NCBI GenBank assembly: GCA_036339875.1
Contig: JAYZAC010000100.1
Span: 1-12,455 of the forward strand
DNA: 12,455 nt
Source of the DNA: a bacterium
Lineage (GTDB): Bacteria > Muiribacteriota > UBA6191
Direction: 5' to 3'
Numbering within the stretch: position 1 is the first letter of the stretch; every line of letters begins with the position of its first letter. The notes below the pieces were generated by a model, which saw only the letters and a program-made list of their open reading frames with translations, ran no database searches and was not told where the DNA came from. Shown here piece after piece: positions 8,620-12,455 of the stretch. The position numbers and the translations under genes are program-made.

Positions 8620-9255
8620 CTATTTCAATGATTGATAAAAGTATTTCAAGCACTCTTGTACGATGTCTTCTTGATTCATATTTTCAGTGCTCTTTAAGTT
8701 CTCAACATACTTAACAGAACTACGAATTTCTGATGCAGTAAAACCTAACTGCTTCAAGGCCGAATTAACCGTATCATTATCATTGCCCGATGAAGAATTT
8801 GATTCAATCAATTCGCTATCTATACTTGCTATCAGCCCAACCTTTTCCGCTAAGCGATTTGCTTTATCATGACAGTCTAAAATCACCTGAGACAATATTT
8901 TTTTACCGGCCCCTACAATTTTTCCGAAAGTTTTTGGATCTTTGCTGAGAATTGATTGGATAATATCTTCAGGAGATAATGCTGAAAGAAAACTGAGTGC
9001 AATTTTTGGACCTACTTTATTAGCCCCCAAAAGTAACTCGAAAACCTCCAACTTAAGCAAGCTATCAAAACCATATAACGACATCTCTTTATCGCCTACT
9101 ACATGATAGGTGTAAAGTTCTTGCTCTTGCCCAACGGCTGACATTTGTATTTCAGTAATTTGATCAACTCGAATTGTAAATCCCAAATTTCCAGTATTTA
9201 AGATAACTCGTCCTGGTTCACGCAACAGCAAAACACCTTTCACGTACGAAATCAT
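8620..9255 (-). CDS. ruvA: Holliday junction branch migration protein RuvA (divergent)
   Basis: 211 aa. N-terminus MISYVKG, LYTYHVV...SLYGF, helix-hairpin-helix motifs VGPKIALSFLS and GAGKK, an acidic/Ser linker, and domain III SALKQLGF...EDIVQECLK. Confidence 0.93.
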   Translation of the reverse strand: MISYVKGVLLLREPGRVILNTGNLGFTIRVDQITEIQMSAVGQEQELYTYHVVGDKEMSLYGFDSLLKLEVFELLLGANKVGPKIALSFLSALSPEDIIQSILSKDPKTFGKIVGAGKKILSQVILDCHDKANRLAEKVGLIASIDSELIESNSSSGNDNDTVNSALKQLGFTASEIRSSVKYVENLKSTENMNQEDIVQECLKYFYQSLK

Positions 9256-9256
9256 T

Positions 9257-10693
9257 TCAGTCCTTTTTCTTAGTTTTGGCTTTTTCTATGTTATTAACAT
9301 GCGTCTCGTAGTTCTTCTTTGGCATAAGATGCCTAATCTCTTGAATTTTTTTCGACGCCGATAAAAACTGATTTTTAGATAAATAATCTCTTACGCTTGC
9401 CATAACGTTCTGTATTTTTTGAGTTTTGCTTAAGCCTCTCACAGAATCGACAGCGAGTCGGTTGTCTTTATATACGTCATAAAGAGCATTATATAACTTC
9501 ACTGTAACTGCGTACTCTTCTTTGTCAAAAGATTCTTTCGCTTTACGATAAAAAGCATTTGCATTAGTCCTTAATCGTCTACCATCTTCACGAAATAAAT
9601 TTAGTTTCTCTTTACTAGTTAAATCTTGATCTACAATTAGAACTTTGCTGTAATTTTTCAGTCGTTCAATACGTGTCTTTTGATCTTCTACCATTTTTTC
9701 AAATTGGCGTAACTCACTACTGGTTTTTTTAAGTTCTTCCTTCAAATTTAGTCGAGAATTTTCAGAATATTTATGATAAATGATGAGAGCCAGTAGCATA
9801 GGTAATAAATAAACTAACCACGAAGCAAATTTTGCATAGGGTATGATAACTGGACCATCTTGCTTGACATCTGTAACATGGATTTGGGGAATAACATTTA
9901 ACGACTTTGGTGCAAGTTCTTTTTCAAGTTTTGCTAACCTCTTACGTGCGAAATCTAACTGTTCATCTAGCTTTTTTATTGGGCATGTTTCTATTAGTTC
10001 TATACAACTCAGAACAGCATAGTAGTTTTTAGATTTCTGAATAATTTCCCAGGTCTTATCATAAAGATTTTCACTGGAATCTTGGCATAATTGCCTTAAG
10101 GCATTGGATCTAACTCTTTGGTCCGGATCTTCCAAACACTGAAATAATAGTCCTACTTGTTCTTCACGACTACGCTCACTTACAGTAGTGTAAGCTTCCA
10201 AAGCATTAGCTCTAACGCGACTATCAGAATGTTCGATATACTCTTGAAGAATCAACTCTATACGAGTAGTGGGCAAATTTGTACTTAATCTGGGAAGTAC
10301 TCGCATGATCTTACTTAATACGAATGGATCATTCTCAAAATATATGGCTCCCAAAAAATAATAACATTGCTCTGAAGTAATTTTCTTCTTCTCAAAAATC
10401 TCTAGAGCCTTAACTCTATATGCTGGGTCAGAAGATTGTAAAAGGCTAACAGGATCCATCAAGAAAAGAGGAAAGTTAGTAATATTATACCGAGATCTAA
10501 TTTGAAAAAGAGCTCTCTTGACCGCGTAAGAAATATCCTGAGGTCCTTCATCACGCGAAAGATCGACTAAAAATCGTATTAATTCACGATGCTGGGGTTT
10601 GATCTTATGCCCCAACTGATCTAGGATTCTAATCTTAATTTCATCGTTATTAGCACTTCTTATTGCTTGTATAATCTCTTGTTCTGATGCCAT
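9257..10693 (-). CDS. HEAT-repeat membrane protein: N-terminal HEAT repeats, single TM helix, coiled coil, TPR-like C-terminus
   Basis: HEAT motifs LLQSSDPAYRVKALE, ENDPFVLSK, IEHSDSRVRANALEA and LEDPDQRVRSNALRQL. TM segment FASWLVYLLPMLLALIIY (~9776-9829). Heptad-like LKEELKKTSSELRQFEKMVEDQKTRIERLK. TPR-like ANAFYRKAKESFDKEEYAVTVKLYNALYDVYKDNRLA. Confidence 0.82.
   Translation of the reverse strand: MASEQEIIQAIRSANNDEIKIRILDQLGHKIKPQHRELIRFLVDLSRDEGPQDISYAVKRALFQIRSRYNITNFPLFLMDPVSLLQSSDPAYRVKALEIFEKKKITSEQCYYFLGAIYFENDPFVLSKIMRVLPRLSTNLPTTRIELILQEYIEHSDSRVRANALEAYTTVSERSREEQVGLLFQCLEDPDQRVRSNALRQLCQDSSENLYDKTWEIIQKSKNYYAVLSCIELIETCPIKKLDEQLDFARKRLAKLEKELAPKSLNVIPQIHVTDVKQDGPVIIPYAKFASWLVYLLPMLLALIIYHKYSENSRLNLKEELKKTSSELRQFEKMVEDQKTRIERLKNYSKVLIVDQDLTSKEKLNLFREDGRRLRTNANAFYRKAKESFDKEEYAVTVKLYNALYDVYKDNRLAVDSVRGLSKTQKIQNVMASVRDYLSKNQFLSASKKIQEIRHLMPKKNYETHVNNIEKAKTKKKD
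9261..9265 (-). promoter_or_regulatory. Shine-Dalgarno-like site for ruvA inside the last codons of the upstream gene
   Basis: The minus strand reads AAGGA-CTGAA-ATG, a 5-nt spacer that contains the upstream TGA stop. Confidence 0.55.
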
Positions 10694-10751
10694 GCTTCTT
10701 TACCGTTTCTCTACGATTATCGAATCATAATCCGATAGGGTTTATAAGCAT
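10694..10751. promoter_or_regulatory. 58-bp divergent intergenic region, probable bidirectional promoter, with inverted repeat GATTAT-N6-ATAATC
   Basis: The only sizeable non-coding gap in the window, lying between head-to-head genes. GATTAT (10715-10720) and ATAATC (10727-10732) are reverse complements. -10-like CATAAT on + (10726-10731) and GATAAT on - (10716-10721). No convincing -35 element was seen. Confidence 0.5.
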
Positions 10752-12428
10752 ATGATTCGTTCAAGAACTATAATTAGACTTATAACATTTATAATAATCC
10801 CTGTTACCCTTTATGGAGCGAACTACAGAAAGTTACATGATTGCTTAATTCCTTTACAAAATAATAAAAATCAATTTATGCAATGCTATTCAGGTCAGAT
10901 AATTCAACCTGTTGAGAAAGCGGAATTCATCCAAATATATGATACGGCTAGTCAAGCACGCTCAAAATTAACTAGTTTCTTTATTACTCGAGATGTAGTT
11001 ACTCGAAAAGAGTATCTTCGATATCTTAAAAATGCTAAAAAAAGAGTAAATCCAATATTAAAAACTCTAAATAATTCAGATTTATCAAAACCTATTCTGG
11101 GGCTAAATTGGAATGAAGCACAAGATTATTGTCGATTTTTTGCAATGGAACTTCCGTCGGAATCTCAACTTGAATACTCATTATTTGAAACTAATCTTCT
11201 TTCCAAGCCGGAATTAGAGTGGGAATATGCAAGAGATTCGTATAAACCAAACAGTCGAGATAATTTATCTAAAAAAAACCCACTTCAGCAGGCTCCTTCG
11301 TCCTATCGAACAATTCGTTCTAATACTCGTCGATCAAATTTTAAGGGGATACTAAGAACTAAGCGAGAAAAAGAAATAACATTCCGCTGCGTCTCACATG
11401 CAAAATCGTTTATGGGTAAAGAAATTCTTTTGAATTACCGCCAAACTTATCCTAATTCAAACGATTCAGAGCTACACTTACTTCGCATAGACAGTATTCC
11501 TTCTGGTGCGAGAATATATGCTGATCCAAATTATCATCATTATATTGGCAAAACACCATACTTTGGAAAAGTGAAACCTGGAAAAACTCTGTATACCTTA
11601 AAAGCTCCTAAACAAAAACCAAAACTTATTCAAATTATTAAGAAAAAAAATCTTGGACAACAATTAATTCTAAATCTCAAAGCTATTCCACCCCGATTTA
11701 AAGAAGATACGCAGCGTGGGAATCGAATGATTTTGGTACCTTCTGGACGAGTTAGTGTTGGTAGTAGTGAGTGGGATAAAGAACTTTCCAAATTAAGTAT
11801 CCTAAGCAAAAAAATTAACAGAGATGAACTTAATTCTAGGACAATCAGACGCTACCTTAATGATGAAGGCCCCGATAGAATAGTTTATGTTAAAGAATTT
11901 TATATGGATGAAACTGAAGTAACTAATCAGCAATATATGAATTACGTTAAAAACTCCGGTGCTATAAAACCAAGATGTTGGCATGTAAAAAAATATAATC
12001 AAGATAATCAGCCTGTAGTTTGTGTTGATTGGACTGATGCAAATTCCTTCTGCAATTACTACGGAAAATCGTTACCTACTGAAATTCAATATGAAAAAGC
12101 AGTGAAGCAAGCTAGTCACACCCAAATAAAAGCTTGGATCAAAAGGCCTCAGAAAATTGCCAGTGACAAAACTGACCATAGTCGCTATGACATCAAAGAT
12201 CTTGCTGGAAATGTTATGGAATGGAATTATGATTGGTACGACTCTCAAGCTCACTTAAATTGGAGACTATTAGAATCCAACCCATTCCGCTTAATCAAGA
12301 AAGAAAAAGTTATCAGAGGTGCCAGTTATGCAACTCATCGACTGGATCGTCGTATATCGAAAAGGCGACATAAGAATCCTGAGCATTATGCTTTAGATTT
12401 AGGTTTTCGTTGTGTACACAATTTATAG
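10752..12428 (+). CDS. Secreted FGE-sulfatase (SUMF1/EgtB/PvdO superfamily) domain protein: degenerate FGE domain, PEGA domain, FGE domain
   Basis: Signal-peptide-like N-terminus (MIRSRTIIRLITFIIIPVTLYG-A). Domain 1 (~10977-11393): FFITRDVVT...KPILGLNWNEAQDYC...LPSESQLEY...FRCV. PEGA (~11478-11683): LRIDSIPSGARIY...YIGKTP. Domain 2 (11727-12416): MILVPSG...DEGP...FYMDETEVTNQQY...PVVCVDWTDANSFC...LPTEIQYEKA...DLAGNVMEW..DWY...KVIRGASY...LGFRCV. Confidence 0.9.
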   Translation: MIRSRTIIRLITFIIIPVTLYGANYRKLHDCLIPLQNNKNQFMQCYSGQIIQPVEKAEFIQIYDTASQARSKLTSFFITRDVVTRKEYLRYLKNAKKRVNPILKTLNNSDLSKPILGLNWNEAQDYCRFFAMELPSESQLEYSLFETNLLSKPELEWEYARDSYKPNSRDNLSKKNPLQQAPSSYRTIRSNTRRSNFKGILRTKREKEITFRCVSHAKSFMGKEILLNYRQTYPNSNDSELHLLRIDSIPSGARIYADPNYHHYIGKTPYFGKVKPGKTLYTLKAPKQKPKLIQIIKKKNLGQQLILNLKAIPPRFKEDTQRGNRMILVPSGRVSVGSSEWDKELSKLSILSKKINRDELNSRTIRRYLNDEGPDRIVYVKEFYMDETEVTNQQYMNYVKNSGAIKPRCWHVKKYNQDNQPVVCVDWTDANSFCNYYGKSLPTEIQYEKAVKQASHTQIKAWIKRPQKIASDKTDHSRYDIKDLAGNVMEWNYDWYDSQAHLNWRLLESNPFRLIKKEKVIRGASYATHRLDRRISKRRHKNPEHYALDLGFRCVHNL

Positions 12429-12437
12429 GAATCAGCC

Positions 12438-12455
12438 ATGAAAAAACTTAATTTC
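12438..12455 (+). CDS. Start of a downstream gene truncated by the window edge (MKKLNF...), possibly a signal-peptide n-region
   Basis: ATG 9 nt after the previous stop, with AGGA at 12427-12430 (7-nt spacer) and an MKK start. Only six codons are visible. Confidence 0.6.

Noticed and set aside
8795..8814. Inverted repeat GAATTTGATTCAATCAATTC inside ruvA as a terminator for the + strand operon
   Set aside because: The stem is AT-rich and weak, with a very small loop and no U-tract.
11271..11650. A8 homopolymer runs at 11271-11278 and 11643-11650 as phase-variation tracts
   Set aside because: They are short, in frame, encode Lys-Lys-Asn, and are expected in an AT-rich, Lys-rich gene.
8351..12254. 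Short antisense ORFs at 8351-8545, 8687-8872, 11802-12002 and 12072-12254
   Set aside because: They lie opposite well-supported genes and show no motifs. Their hydrophobicity reflects the reverse complement of A-rich codons.
12315..12416. Diversity-generating retroelement variable repeat at the end of the FGE (C-type lectin fold) domain
   Set aside because: The position fits known DGR targets, but I saw no second near-identical copy (template repeat) and no reverse transcriptase in the window. A remote DGR can only be excluded by a genome-wide search.
1..12455. Taxonomic assignment, and CRISPR, tRNA, rRNA or IS elements
   Set aside because: There is no marker I can place reliably by eye. 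The window is almost entirely protein-coding, with no repeat-spacer array, RNA-gene signature or transposase.

Overview
AT-rich, densely coding bacterial window with five genes and the first codons of a sixth. I saw no RNA genes, mobile elements, CRISPR arrays or long DNA repeats. (1) The 3' part of a giant putative surface or adhesin protein, open from base 2, so at least 2522 aa with the true start outside the window. Its order is cadherin-like Ig repeats, an IPT/TIG domain, NHL blades, a large FG-GAP/VCBS region with Cys-rich and His-rich inserts, and a C-terminal NHL propeller. (2) A GT2 polyprenol-phosphate glycosyltransferase (ArnC/GtrB/DPM1-like) overlapping its stop codon (TAATG). (3) On the minus strand, converging on that gene, a HEAT-repeat/TM/coiled-coil/TPR-like protein followed 1 nt later by (4) a divergent ruvA with no adjacent ruvB or ruvC and an altered acidic pin. 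(5) Divergent from that pair, a secreted FGE-sulfatase-PEGA-FGE-sulfatase protein lacking the FGE catalytic cysteines, then a truncated ORF start. The most interesting points are the mosaic, possibly nested-propeller architecture of the giant protein, its coupling to a glycosyltransferase, and the atypical orphan RuvA. All domain calls are motif recognition by eye, not HMM results, so I cannot establish novelty.
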